Positions 53,100-62,389 are shown, counted from the first letter of the stretch. The stretch: DNA of 64,000 nucleotides from a virus (IMGVR_UViG_2799112923_000002:1-64000), one strand, 5' to 3'. Program-made: numbers and translations. The notes: generated from the letters alone by a model not told the origin.

Positions 53100-53714
53100 A
53101 TGATAACAAAATTTAGTGGAAATAATTTATTTTTCACATCGGATACACATTTTGGACATCAACATATTATTAAATTATGTAAACGTCCTTTTAATACAAT
53201 AGAGGAACACGATCAAAAGTTAATTGAGAATTGGAATTCTGTTGTAGGACTTGAAGATACAGTATTTCATCTTGGCGATTTTGGTTTTGGAGGAACACAA
53301 AAATGGAAAGAGATTCGTAATCAATTAAATGGACATATAATTCTTATCTTGGGAAATCATGATATGAAAAATGCATCTCAAGGTGCGTTAGATTTATTTG
53401 ATTATGCATCACAGCAAATGAAAATTCAAATAGACGACAGAACAGTTTATTTGAATCATTTTCCATTTTTAACATATGCCCATTGGAATCCTGAAGTATT
53501 TTCTCGTGAGTCCTTAGCGTTTGCTCTTTCTGGTCATACACATATTCGTAAAGGTGATACTGGATTTGATGCACAATTTACTTCTTTATATAAACCTACA
53601 CAGTACGATGTAGGTGTTGATTTTAATGAATACAAACCTATCGCTTGGAAAGAAATAAATAGACGTATTCAATATCAGTTAGATCATCATTGTAATTTGA
53701 CTAATTGGATGTAA
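53100..53714 (+). CDS. Calcineurin-like metallophosphoesterase
   Basis: TSDTHFGH ... LGDF ... GNHD ... GHTH motifs. Confidence 0.65.
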   Translation: MITKFSGNNLFFTSDTHFGHQHIIKLCKRPFNTIEEHDQKLIENWNSVVGLEDTVFHLGDFGFGGTQKWKEIRNQLNGHIILILGNHDMKNASQGALDLFDYASQQMKIQIDDRTVYLNHFPFLTYAHWNPEVFSRESLAFALSGHTHIRKGDTGFDAQFTSLYKPTQYDVGVDFNEYKPIAWKEINRRIQYQLDHHCNLTNWM

Positions 53715-53715
53715 T

Positions 53716-54126
53716 ATGACACAGGAAGAAAAACAACTGGTCTTACTTGACCTCAGTGCAAGATTATCTTGTGGTGTAATATGTAAAACACCAAAAGGTG
53801 ACGGTCATCTTTGTTCTATCAATCAAACTATCTTTGGGACCGAATATGGTATAAACATAAATTCCATCAAAAGGGACTACTTTAATGATAGTGAAGTTGA
53901 AGAACAAGTTGTCAAGCCCTATCTCCGTCCCTTATCAGATATGACTAAGGAAGAGTTGGATGAATGTAGAAATACTTGCAAATACCGTCAAATAGGTCAA
54001 TCTATTCTTAGTTGTGCTACTACAAAAACATTTGATTTTCTAATTACCCACCACATTGATTTCAGAGGATTGATTTATATGAGGTTGGCCTTAGAAGCAC
54101 CTAAAGGGATGTATAAAATTGAATAG
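53716..54126 (+). CDS. Hypothetical protein, member of a three-gene paralog family (with 54351..54722 and 54709..55095)
   Basis: Shared N-terminus MT(Q/H)EEKQL(V/L)L.DL.ARL and C-terminus RGLI.M.LALEA..GMY. Confidence 0.45.
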   Translation: MTQEEKQLVLLDLSARLSCGVICKTPKGDGHLCSINQTIFGTEYGININSIKRDYFNDSEVEEQVVKPYLRPLSDMTKEELDECRNTCKYRQIGQSILSCATTKTFDFLITHHIDFRGLIYMRLALEAPKGMYKIE

Positions 54127-54350
54127 AATATGGAAACACAGAAAATAAAGGGGTGGCTTGTACGAGACAAGGATGACTTCACTGCGGTCTATGGTGTTAA
54201 ACCAGTAAGGGGTAAGACCGAATGGGTTGACGGCAACCACCCGAAATCCCCCCGTGACTCAAGCTGCGTCCTGTCCTTTGTTGAATACATGTTCCCAGAC
54301 CTTAAGTTTGAGGACGAACCCATTGAAATTGAAATCACAATCAAACCAGT

Positions 54351-54722
54351 ATGACACACGAAGAAAAACAACTCTTATTGAAAGACCTTTGTGCAAGGTT
54401 GCCTTATGGGGTAAAAATTTTGGATATACCTGCCAATGTGGTTGGAGAGCTTTTCCTTGTTAGTACTACCGACACTGTTGAATACGAAACCAACGATGAT
54501 ACTGGAGTTCAAACATTGTGCAATATAAAGCCTTATCTCCGTCCGATGTCAAGTATGACTGAAGAAGAATTGGAAGAGTTTCACAATTATACAAATGTTG
54601 ACCCTATTTCATGGCTTCATTATGCTATTGATTGGCTCAACGAACACCACTTTGACTATCGTGGTTTGATCGAAATGGGATTAGCACTGGAAGCAAAGGA
54701 GGGAATGTATGAAAAGGAATAA
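54351..54722 (+). CDS. Paralog family member 2
   Basis: As above. Confidence 0.45.
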   Translation: MTHEEKQLLLKDLCARLPYGVKILDIPANVVGELFLVSTTDTVEYETNDDTGVQTLCNIKPYLRPMSSMTEEELEEFHNYTNVDPISWLHYAIDWLNEHHFDYRGLIEMGLALEAKEGMYEKE

Positions 54723-55095
54723 AACAGATGTACAAGACAGTGATATATCTACTATTTTATCTAGTCTTGGTTTTAAGAATATTACAGAAGAACGGCCAAT
54801 TCGTTTAATCGATGCTCTTCCTTATTCGTTTAACGATATATTTGATGTGCATAGTAGATGGATAAGAAAGTCTCAAGATAATATCTTTTCTGAAGTATTA
54901 GTTGGATTAACTTTTAATGGTAGATTTATAGACATCATTGTTTTAAGTGTCTGTGGTGAATGTAAAAGTCGAGCGTCTGAGCACATATACTGTATGAATT
55001 TTGAATGGGAGGGTTTCTTGAAAAAGTTTATCTCGCTTAATGAACAATGCGTTATTAGACTTGCTCTTGAAGCATCGAAGGATATGTATAGATAA
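54709..55095 (+). CDS. Paralog family member 3 (C-terminal motif only)
   Basis: C-terminal RLALEASKDMYR. Confidence 0.4.
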   Translation: MKRNKTDVQDSDISTILSSLGFKNITEERPIRLIDALPYSFNDIFDVHSRWIRKSQDNIFSEVLVGLTFNGRFIDIIVLSVCGECKSRASEHIYCMNFEWEGFLKKFISLNEQCVIRLALEASKDMYR

Positions 55096-55101
55096 AATAT
55101 T

Positions 55102-55422
55102 ATGAAGGCAAAAATATTCAAATTCCGTATTATTGAAAAATGTCGCCCTTGTTTGAATTATGATACAGAATTAATTACTAAAAACCGTTACTATTATTTA
55201 TACATAAAAGTTCCTTGGTATCTTGGTTTTTGGCAAGAAATTTATCCGTCTGCATGTAATGAATTAGGATACTTTGTTTCTGTAGAAGAAGCTAAAAGAA
55301 AGGCGCATAATTATGTAAAAAATTATGTTTTAAGTCAAAAAGAGAACGAAATTTATAAGAAGCATAAAAAGGAACTCAAAGTTACTACAGAAATTGTATT
55401 AGAATTTCAAATAACTTCTTAA
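55102..55422 (+). CDS. Hypothetical protein (106 aa)
   Basis: ORF. Confidence 0.4.
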   Translation: MKAKIFKFRIIEKCRPCLNYDTELITKNRYYYLYIKVPWYLGFWQEIYPSACNELGYFVSVEEAKRKAHNYVKNYVLSQKENEIYKKHKKELKVTTEIVLEFQITS

Positions 55423-55423
55423 T

Positions 55424-55867
55424 ATGATTACCGAAGATTATGTAAGTTTTGAAACTGCAAAACTCTTGAAAGAAAAGGGGTTTTATGGTGAGTGCTTTAG
55501 TATGTATCTTACACCCAAACCTCATTCGGGAATGGGAGATCCAAATGAAGCAAAGATTGCTCCACACGGTAGGGATAGTTATTACTACGAAGGTTATAGA
55601 TATCAATGCGAAGCCCCAACCATCCAAATGGCTATAAAATGGCTCACGGAAGCATATAATATTTTTATTTCTCCACAAATTGAAGTCAGTCGTAATGAAG
55701 AAGAAACGGGTATCCATCAATATGGACAACCAGGATATTATGTGATTATCACCTATGTCTTGAATGGAAATATATTACCTTATCAAGGAAGTCTTTATCC
55801 TACGCCAGAAGAAGCTTGTGAGACAGCCATTAAGTATTGTCTTGAAAATCTGATTTTAAAGTTATAA
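55424..55867 (+). CDS. Hypothetical protein (147 aa)
   Basis: ORF. Confidence 0.45.
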   Translation: MITEDYVSFETAKLLKEKGFYGECFSMYLTPKPHSGMGDPNEAKIAPHGRDSYYYEGYRYQCEAPTIQMAIKWLTEAYNIFISPQIEVSRNEEETGIHQYGQPGYYVIITYVLNGNILPYQGSLYPTPEEACETAIKYCLENLILKL

Positions 55868-56217
55868 AAAATATTAATTTTTTTATTATATTTGTATGAA
55901 CTTTTCATCTTTTCCTAAATCATCTTTAATTGCATATATCAAATATTTTAAAATGATATTAACTTATAAAGAAAATAAAAATGTAATTTCATTTTTAGAA
56001 GATTGTGAGAAGGAATTGAGTAAAAGAGAATAATTTTCGATATTTTAAAAACGATAACAATAATCGTACATCGAGGTTTAAAAGACTGAGCCTTATCAGA
56101 AATGTTTAAAACCCCTCCGTAGTATAATCTGTAAAACAGAGGACGTAAGCCGAGACAACGGAAAAAAGGGCTATATTAAGAGTAGAAACCTGAGCCCTTG
56201 CGCCTAAAGTGCAGAAC

Positions 56218-56265
56218 GACCTGTATATCAAAGTATAAAGCAGAATCAACCTGTATATCAAAGGG
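56218..56265. repeat. Direct repeat aacctgtatatcaaag (2 copies, about 32 bp apart) inside an ORF-free, moderately GC-rich segment
   Basis: gacctgtatatcaaag ... aacctgtatatcaaag. Confidence 0.5.
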
Positions 56266-56409
56266 TTAGGCAACAGCCCACGGTGTAATAACCAAGGAGT
56301 GCAGTAGACTACTAAACGTTTAAGCGGCATGTATGGGACTGGGTAGACCATACTCCGTAATTATTGTAAATCGGACGTAACATCAGACCGCGTAAGAGTC
56401 TGGTTTTAA

Positions 56410-56498
56410 CTCCCAGTGGTGGAATTAGGTAGACACCTATGACTTAGGATCATATGCGAAGTAATAGTAGCGTGCAGGTTCGATTCCTGCCTGGGAGA
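56410..56498 (+). tRNA. tRNA-Leu (anticodon TAG), long variable arm
   Basis: Acceptor ctcccag/ctgggag, Leu-type D-arm tggtggaattaggtagacac, anticodon arm tatga-cttagga-tcata, T-arm tgcagg-ttcgatt-cctgc. Confidence 0.65.
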
Positions 56499-56513
56499 CA
56501 AATAACTAATAAT

Positions 56514-57134
56514 ATGAAAATAATAGATAATTTTGATCTCTTTCGTGAGAAAATGAATTGGAATTCTCCAGATGAATTCTATTTCGTACAAATACTTATT
56601 AGAAGAAAAGATGGACATATAGAACCAGGAGTAAATGGGAATAATATGAATAGATTGATTAAATTTTATACTATTGGATCGTTAACCGATTTAGATAAAT
56701 ATGAAAACGAGATAAAATCTATTTGTGACGCCATTAATGGGAGAGCATATGTCCATCCTACTAAAAGAAGTTTTAATAACGTTGCAGATGAATGTTTACG
56801 TATAACTACGGATATCTATCTCTCTAAAACAAATAATGTTGGATTAAAAGCTGCTTATTCTACAGCTTGTGGTAAATCATTTATAAATTCAGACAAAAAA
56901 TATGTAATAGATTTAGATGATGATGCTGTAAATCAAAAAGCGGAAATAATTGAATTTATAGAATATCATTGTGAACCATTTAATTGTGTAAAATTTCAAT
57001 ATGAAGTTCCAACTGCACATGGTATTCATTTAATTACAACAAAATTCAATCGCGATAAATTTTGTGAACATTTTCCTAATATAGATGTTCATGCAAATAA
57101 TCCAACACTTCTGTATTTTAAGTGTTTAGAATAA
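56514..57134 (+). CDS. Hypothetical protein (206 aa; starts after tRNA-Leu)
   Basis: Internal Met MKIIDNFDLF of the listed ORF 56454..57134. Confidence 0.45.
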   Translation: MKIIDNFDLFREKMNWNSPDEFYFVQILIRRKDGHIEPGVNGNNMNRLIKFYTIGSLTDLDKYENEIKSICDAINGRAYVHPTKRSFNNVADECLRITTDIYLSKTNNVGLKAAYSTACGKSFINSDKKYVIDLDDDAVNQKAEIIEFIEYHCEPFNCVKFQYEVPTAHGIHLITTKFNRDKFCEHFPNIDVHANNPTLLYFKCLE

Positions 57135-57573
57135 CATCTCCTAAAAATAAGGCACTTACAATATTAAAAAATGATAACGATCATTATTACAAAAATTAAC
57201 TAACAACTCTATGCTGGTCATAGCGTGCGACACGCGTTAGTTTCCGTATCCAAAATACGTTATTAGGTGGCTTGTAAGTAAAAGTAACTTTCAGTGCCTT
57301 TATAGATTTTTTAACCTATTTTATTAAATCAAATGCCAAAGGTATCTGATTACGAACTTGAACATTGGTCTGAAAAAAGTGAAACTAATTTTCAGAAGGT
57401 TCGAAGCAAAAAGCCTAAATCTATAAAAGAACCAAAATATCCTGAGAAAAAGAGAAATCGGGAAAAGAAAGTTGATTTTTGAGATTTAGAAGAAAAAGAA
57501 TTTTAAAATTTAATGATACATACAATATTATTTTTTGCTCCATATTTTGCGAAAATAGATGTATCATAACATG

Positions 57574-57644
57574 GTGTTCCTAGATAAAGGTTAGTCGGCA
57601 GGTTTGTGGCACCTGAAATTCCAGTTCGATTCTGGAGGAACACA
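57574..57644 (+). tRNA. tRNA-His (anticodon GTG) with extra 5' G(-1) at 57573
   Basis: Perfect acceptor gtgttcc/ggaacac, anticodon arm caggt-ttgtggc-acctg, T-arm tccag-ttcgatt-ctgga, encoded CCA. Confidence 0.65.
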
Positions 57645-58131
57645 CCAATCTTTAAATTAAGATAATATGTTAAAAAAATTATTAGATATATTTAAAACAA
57701 AAGATGTCAAAAATTCAATAATTCTAAAAGAATTAAAAGATGCAGATCTTTTTGATACTATTTGGATTGTTGATAAATCTGGAACAATTTATGAAGGTTG
57801 GATTTATGATAAAACCAGAAAGCATATTATTGTTACTGTGCCTGTAGAACAGGGTGAATATCAAGATTATAGATTTATTATAAGTAAATCAAATAGATTT
57901 GATACAACAATAGAACAAAATCATAATATTTTACATTTTAATAAACCATGTTAGCTGGAGAAATTGTATACTTTCCATATAAAGATGGATTTGTAAGATA
58001 CAAAATTAGGAAAATTATGGACGATGATTTATTAGTTCTCACATATAAAAGTAATATTTCGAATTGCATTCCAATATCAGAAGTTTTAACTACTGAACAA
58101 TTTGCAAAAACATATAAAAATGAAATAATTT

Positions 58132-59262
58132 ATGAGTAGATTTGAAAAGTATTATATCACTCCGGCTATAAAAACATATGTAGATCATAGAGAGGAGTGT
58201 ATTCCTTATTACGATGCTTTTTATTCTGAAGAAGCTGGTGGATGGATTTTAGCAGGCGCATCTCTTCCAATTTTTGTTGCACCAATGGCGTGCATTATAG
58301 ACGATAATAACTGGAAAAAGTTTGATTCTGAAGGACTTAATGTAATTATTCCAAGAACTGTTGATTTTGAGAAAAGACTTAAACTTGCAAATGAGCAATT
58401 ACTTTGGATTGCTGTTGGATTGGATGAATTAGAAAAAATCTATAATTTATCTAATATTGAAGAAATGTATGTTTGTTTGGATATAGCAAATGGACATATG
58501 GCAAGTGCACTAGATTTATGCAGTAAAGTAAAAGAAAAATTTGGAAATAGAGTTACTTTAATGTTTGGAAATATTGCAAATGCTGATACATATTTGGAAT
58601 ATGCTAAAGCAGGAATTGATTATTGCCGTGTTGGAATTGGTGATGGTCAAGCTTGTTTAACCAACACTCTTACAGGTATTTCTCAAGATTTTCCAAAAAT
58701 AATTAAAGACCTTAATTACAGAAAGCAACGTGTTGCATCAAGTGGAGCTTTCTATAAAAGCGTTCCTAAAATTGTTATCGACGGTGGTATGTCTTCTATA
58801 CGTGATATAGTTATCGCTTTAGCAATGGGTGCTGATTATGTAATGTGTGGTAAGATTTTCGCTCAATGTGAAGAAGCTGCTGGTGAAATTGTTTCAAAAC
58901 TTATTGAAACAGTTGAACAATTTAAAAGGCACACTACCGAATTAAGAGATTATCCTTTTGATGAAGATTCAGAAGATGTCGATGGATCAGCTAAAACATA
59001 TCCTGTTTTGTTTGATAGTAAACAGTTTGTTTATCAACGTGGCAGAATGTATTACGGTATGTCAACTGAACGTGCTCAGAAAGAGATGGGAAACAAAAGA
59101 ATTAAACCCGCAGAAGGTAAAGAATATTGGATTCCTATTGAATATAAACTTAGTGAGTGGGTTCATCAGTTTGTGGCCGCAATAGCATCTACCATGAGTT
59201 ATTGCAACGTTACTCAACTTAAGGATTTTATCGGAAAAGTTACCATAAATAAATACGATTAA
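58132..59262 (+). CDS. GMP reductase / IMP dehydrogenase-family TIM-barrel enzyme
   Basis: VCLDIANGH ... VGIGDGQACLT ... IDGGMSSIRDIVIALAMGADYVMCG parallel the GuaC/GuaB active-site blocks. Confidence 0.6.
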   Translation: MSRFEKYYITPAIKTYVDHREECIPYYDAFYSEEAGGWILAGASLPIFVAPMACIIDDNNWKKFDSEGLNVIIPRTVDFEKRLKLANEQLLWIAVGLDELEKIYNLSNIEEMYVCLDIANGHMASALDLCSKVKEKFGNRVTLMFGNIANADTYLEYAKAGIDYCRVGIGDGQACLTNTLTGISQDFPKIIKDLNYRKQRVASSGAFYKSVPKIVIDGGMSSIRDIVIALAMGADYVMCGKIFAQCEEAAGEIVSKLIETVEQFKRHTTELRDYPFDEDSEDVDGSAKTYPVLFDSKQFVYQRGRMYYGMSTERAQKEMGNKRIKPAEGKEYWIPIEYKLSEWVHQFVAAIASTMSYCNVTQLKDFIGKVTINKYD

Positions 59263-59273
59263 AAATAAAAGAT

Positions 59274-59705
59274 ATGAAAATTACAAGAGCACAGAAAGAT
59301 GCAGTTCTTGATCTTCTTAGAGAAAAATTTGATGAGAAAGAATTTGAAGTTTTCAACAAATTTAAAGAAGATAACAAAAAGGATATTCAAACAAAGTATG
59401 CTAAATTAATTGAATGTTATAATAAACTACTTCAATTGAAAGCCGTTATTGGAGAAGAAATCAAAACGTTCAATGTTATTAGAAAGGCATTTGAGGAATT
59501 AGATTTTGATTATCACTTTAACGGTTCGGATGTAACCGGATATTATAAATCTGAAGATACGTTTATTGACGCCCTTTTAAAATTGAATTTTAAGAAACTA
59601 AAGCGTCCTGATTTTATTAAGGTGGAAAGACAGCTTGAACTAGACACATTAAGTAAAGATTTTAACTTAGATGCATTTATAGACAAATATCTTTCTGAAG
59701 AATAA
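59274..59705 (+). CDS. Hypothetical protein (143 aa)
   Basis: ORF. Confidence 0.45.
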   Translation: MKITRAQKDAVLDLLREKFDEKEFEVFNKFKEDNKKDIQTKYAKLIECYNKLLQLKAVIGEEIKTFNVIRKAFEELDFDYHFNGSDVTGYYKSEDTFIDALLKLNFKKLKRPDFIKVERQLELDTLSKDFNLDAFIDKYLSEE

Positions 59706-59767
59706 AAATTTGGAAATTTGAAAATTTTTTTGTAACTTTATATTCTGATACTTACAATCACAATACT

Positions 59768-59842
59768 GTGGGTTCGAGTCCCGCATTTGCTGCATTTTAG
59801 CGAATTGGTGTAAATGGTAGACACGAATGAATAGGGTTCATT
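59768..59842 (+). ncRNA. Candidate circularly permuted tRNA-like locus: 3' half (T-arm + acceptor 3' strand + GCA) precedes a 5' half (complementary acceptor 5' strand + Leu-like D-arm + anticodon-like arm with loop atagggt)
   Basis: gtggg-ttcgagt-cccgc atttgct g ca tttt agcgaat t ggtgtaaatggtagacac g aatga-atagggt-tcatt; atttgct pairs with agcgaat (6 WC + 1 GU); motif gatacttacaatc 15 nt upstream. Confidence 0.3.
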
Positions 59843-59870
59843 TTTATTAATAAGTATCAATAAGTGTATA

Positions 59871-59960
59871 GGAGCTTAGTGTAACGGTAGCACACAGGTC
59901 TTCAAAACCTGGGTAGCGGCGTCCAAAACCGCGGGTGTGGGTTCGAATCCTGCAGCTCCT
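59871..59960 (+). tRNA. Suppressor tRNA, anticodon TCA (decodes UGA), about 90 nt with long variable arm; candidate UGA-to-Trp decoder
   Basis: Acceptor ggagctt/cagctcc, anticodon arm caggt-cttcaaa-acctg (perfect 5 bp, anticodon 59902-59904), extra-arm hairpin gcgg-cgtccaaaa-ccgc, T-arm GGGTTCGAATCC. Confidence 0.65.
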
Positions 59961-60145
59961 GCAGTAAAATACAATTATTATGGAATTTATATTTATTTAT
60001 TCGATTCCTTGTATCATAAGTTTTTTGCTTATGAATCAATGTTACAAGAAAAATTTATTAGATTATCCAATGCTTTCTGCATTAAGTTGTATTATTCCTT
60101 TTGTAAATTGGATTGGATTGGTATGTTTTATATGTAAATTAAAAA

Positions 60146-61732
60146 ATGATTAATGAATTAAAATTTGGGAATTATGCAAAAGAAGCTCTTCTTACAGGAA
60201 TGTCAAAAATTGCAGAAGCTGTTGGATCAACACTTGGCCCAAAAGGAAAATGTGTAATTATTGATAATTATTCTAATGGACTTCCTCATGTAACTAAAGA
60301 TGGAGTTACTGTTGCAAAAAATATATTCCTTGAAAATAAATTTGAAAACGTAGGTGCTACATTACTTAAACAAGCTGCATTAAATACTGTGCGTTCTGTA
60401 GGAGATGCGACAACATCTTCAACAGTTTTAGCTTATAAAATGACATCTAATGCTTTTAAAACAATTGATGGACATAATTTATCATTAATAAAGAAAGGTA
60501 TTAATACAGCAGCTGATTTTGTTAAGACCACCATACAAGGGTCATCGATCCCTGTAAAATGGGATGAATTAGAAAAAATTGCATCAATTTCTGCAAATAA
60601 TGATCAAGAAATAGGAAATATTGTTGCAGAAGCATTTAGAAAAGTTGGATTGGATGGAGTAATTACTGTAGAAGAATCTGCAAATAATCAGACATCTATC
60701 GAAATAATCAATGGTATGCAATTTGACAGAGGTTTTATATCTCATTGGTTTATTACAGATAAAGCTAAAGGAGAATGTGTTCTTGAAAATCCTTTAATTT
60801 TAATTACAGATCAAAAAGTACAACTAATTCGTGAGATTCTTCCTGCTGCAGAATATTGTGCAAAAAATGGAAGGGCAATGTTAATAATTGCTCAGGATTT
60901 TGACGATGAAGTAATTCAAAATTTACGATTAAACCATATTCAGGGAAACATTAAGTGCTGTTTGGTAAAAGCTCCTTCATTTGGAGATTATAGAAAATAT
61001 GTCTTAGATGATTTAGCTTTACTTACAAATGCAAAATTAGCAACTTATGACAATGGTATAGAGCTTCAAAAAGTCGATGGTTCTATGTTAGGATCTTGTG
61101 GAAAAGTTGTAATTACTAAAGATTCCACTACAATATTAAATGGCTCTGGACAAGCAGATCTTGTCAATCAAAGGGTTTCCGAAATTAAAACCTTATTATC
61201 CACTTTACAGAGTGGAGAAGAAACTTTGATCAAATTTCATAAAGAACGTATTGCACGTTTAGTTGGAGGAATATGTTCCATTAAAGTTGGAGCAAATTCT
61301 GAATTAGAAATGCGTGAAAAGAAAGATAGAGTCGACGATGCTGTATGTGCTACTAGAGCTGCTTGTGAAGAAGGTATTGTTCCTGGAGGAGGTATTACAT
61401 TTTTAAAAGCATTTTTAGAAATGCCTACATCCGATAATAAAGATGAAAATGTAGGAATCGATATTGTGAAATCATCCTTGACTTCTATATTTGACAAGAT
61501 TGTAGAAAATGCTGGATATAATCCAAAAGAAATTGGCAGAGAAGTTTATCCTGCTGATAATATATCTTGGAATGCAGATACAGAACAATATGAGAATTTT
61601 CTAGATTCTGGAATCGTTAATCCGGCTAAAGCAGATCGTTTAGCTTTTGAAAATGCAATAGACGTATTAAATATGTTTATATCTACTAATTGTATAATAA
61701 CTGAAAAAGACATATTTAAAGAAATTAAGTAA
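60146..61732 (+). CDS. groEL: GroEL-like group I chaperonin (528 aa)
   Basis: Alignable by eye to GroEL: KFGNYAKEALLTGMSKIAEAVGSTLGPKGKCVII...LPHVTKDGVTVAKNIFLENKFENVGATLLKQAA...GDATTSSTVLA. Confidence 0.8.
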   Translation: MINELKFGNYAKEALLTGMSKIAEAVGSTLGPKGKCVIIDNYSNGLPHVTKDGVTVAKNIFLENKFENVGATLLKQAALNTVRSVGDATTSSTVLAYKMTSNAFKTIDGHNLSLIKKGINTAADFVKTTIQGSSIPVKWDELEKIASISANNDQEIGNIVAEAFRKVGLDGVITVEESANNQTSIEIINGMQFDRGFISHWFITDKAKGECVLENPLILITDQKVQLIREILPAAEYCAKNGRAMLIIAQDFDDEVIQNLRLNHIQGNIKCCLVKAPSFGDYRKYVLDDLALLTNAKLATYDNGIELQKVDGSMLGSCGKVVITKDSTTILNGSGQADLVNQRVSEIKTLLSTLQSGEETLIKFHKERIARLVGGICSIKVGANSELEMREKKDRVDDAVCATRAACEEGIVPGGGITFLKAFLEMPTSDNKDENVGIDIVKSSLTSIFDKIVENAGYNPKEIGREVYPADNISWNADTEQYENFLDSGIVNPAKADRLAFENAIDVLNMFISTNCIITEKDIFKEIK

Positions 61733-61733
61733 A

Positions 61734-61994
61734 ATGAAAACTATTATTAATCTTCCAGCAAGATACGGATATAACCATATATTAAAATATATTGGCGATA
61801 ATCTATGGCAATTCGAAGCAGATCCAAAAAGTACAGGAACATTTAGGGTTATTGGATTTGAAGGAGAATATCATGTTGGAATTAACTGTTCATCATTTGA
61901 TCCAGAAGGTGGACCTTTTATGTCTGTTGGAGATACAATTGATGGAAAGGTAATTAAATCTATTACAAGTTCTGGTATATTTGAATTAGAATAG
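61734..61994 (+). CDS. Hypothetical protein (86 aa) downstream of groEL; not recognisably GroES
   Basis: ORF; lacks the GroES mobile-loop signature. Confidence 0.4.
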   Translation: MKTIINLPARYGYNHILKYIGDNLWQFEADPKSTGTFRVIGFEGEYHVGINCSSFDPEGGPFMSVGDTIDGKVIKSITSSGIFELE

Positions 61995-61996
61995 TT

Positions 61997-62389
61997 ATGA
62001 AATTTATATTTAGTCTAATTATCTTACTTATCTCTGGAGTAATAATTGGACAAGAACGACAAAAATCACACGGCATTGTTGGAGTGCGATCTGTAACATT
62101 ATTAATGTTAGGTTCGTTCGTATTTGCATATATGTCTGATAAAATTGGAGGAGATCCTGCACGAATAGTAGCACAAGTAGTATCTGGTGTTGGTTTTATT
62201 GGTGCAGGATTAATATTTAAAAAAGATTCAGATAAAATTGCAAATATTACTACTGCTATTTTAATGTGGTGTCTTGCATCAGTTGGATGCTTAATTGGAT
62301 TAGGATTTATAATTGAAAGTATTGTTATAGTTTTGATTATATATCTTGTATTAAAATATTATAAAAATTTATTTACAGATGGGAGTTAA
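61997..62389 (+). CDS. MgtC/SapB-family membrane protein
   Basis: Hydrophobic 130-aa protein with GQERQKSHGIVGVRS...VSGVGFIGAGLIFKK...AILMWCLASVGCLIGLG pattern typical of MgtC. Confidence 0.5.
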   Translation: MKFIFSLIILLISGVIIGQERQKSHGIVGVRSVTLLMLGSFVFAYMSDKIGGDPARIVAQVVSGVGFIGAGLIFKKDSDKIANITTAILMWCLASVGCLIGLGFIIESIVIVLIIYLVLKYYKNLFTDGS

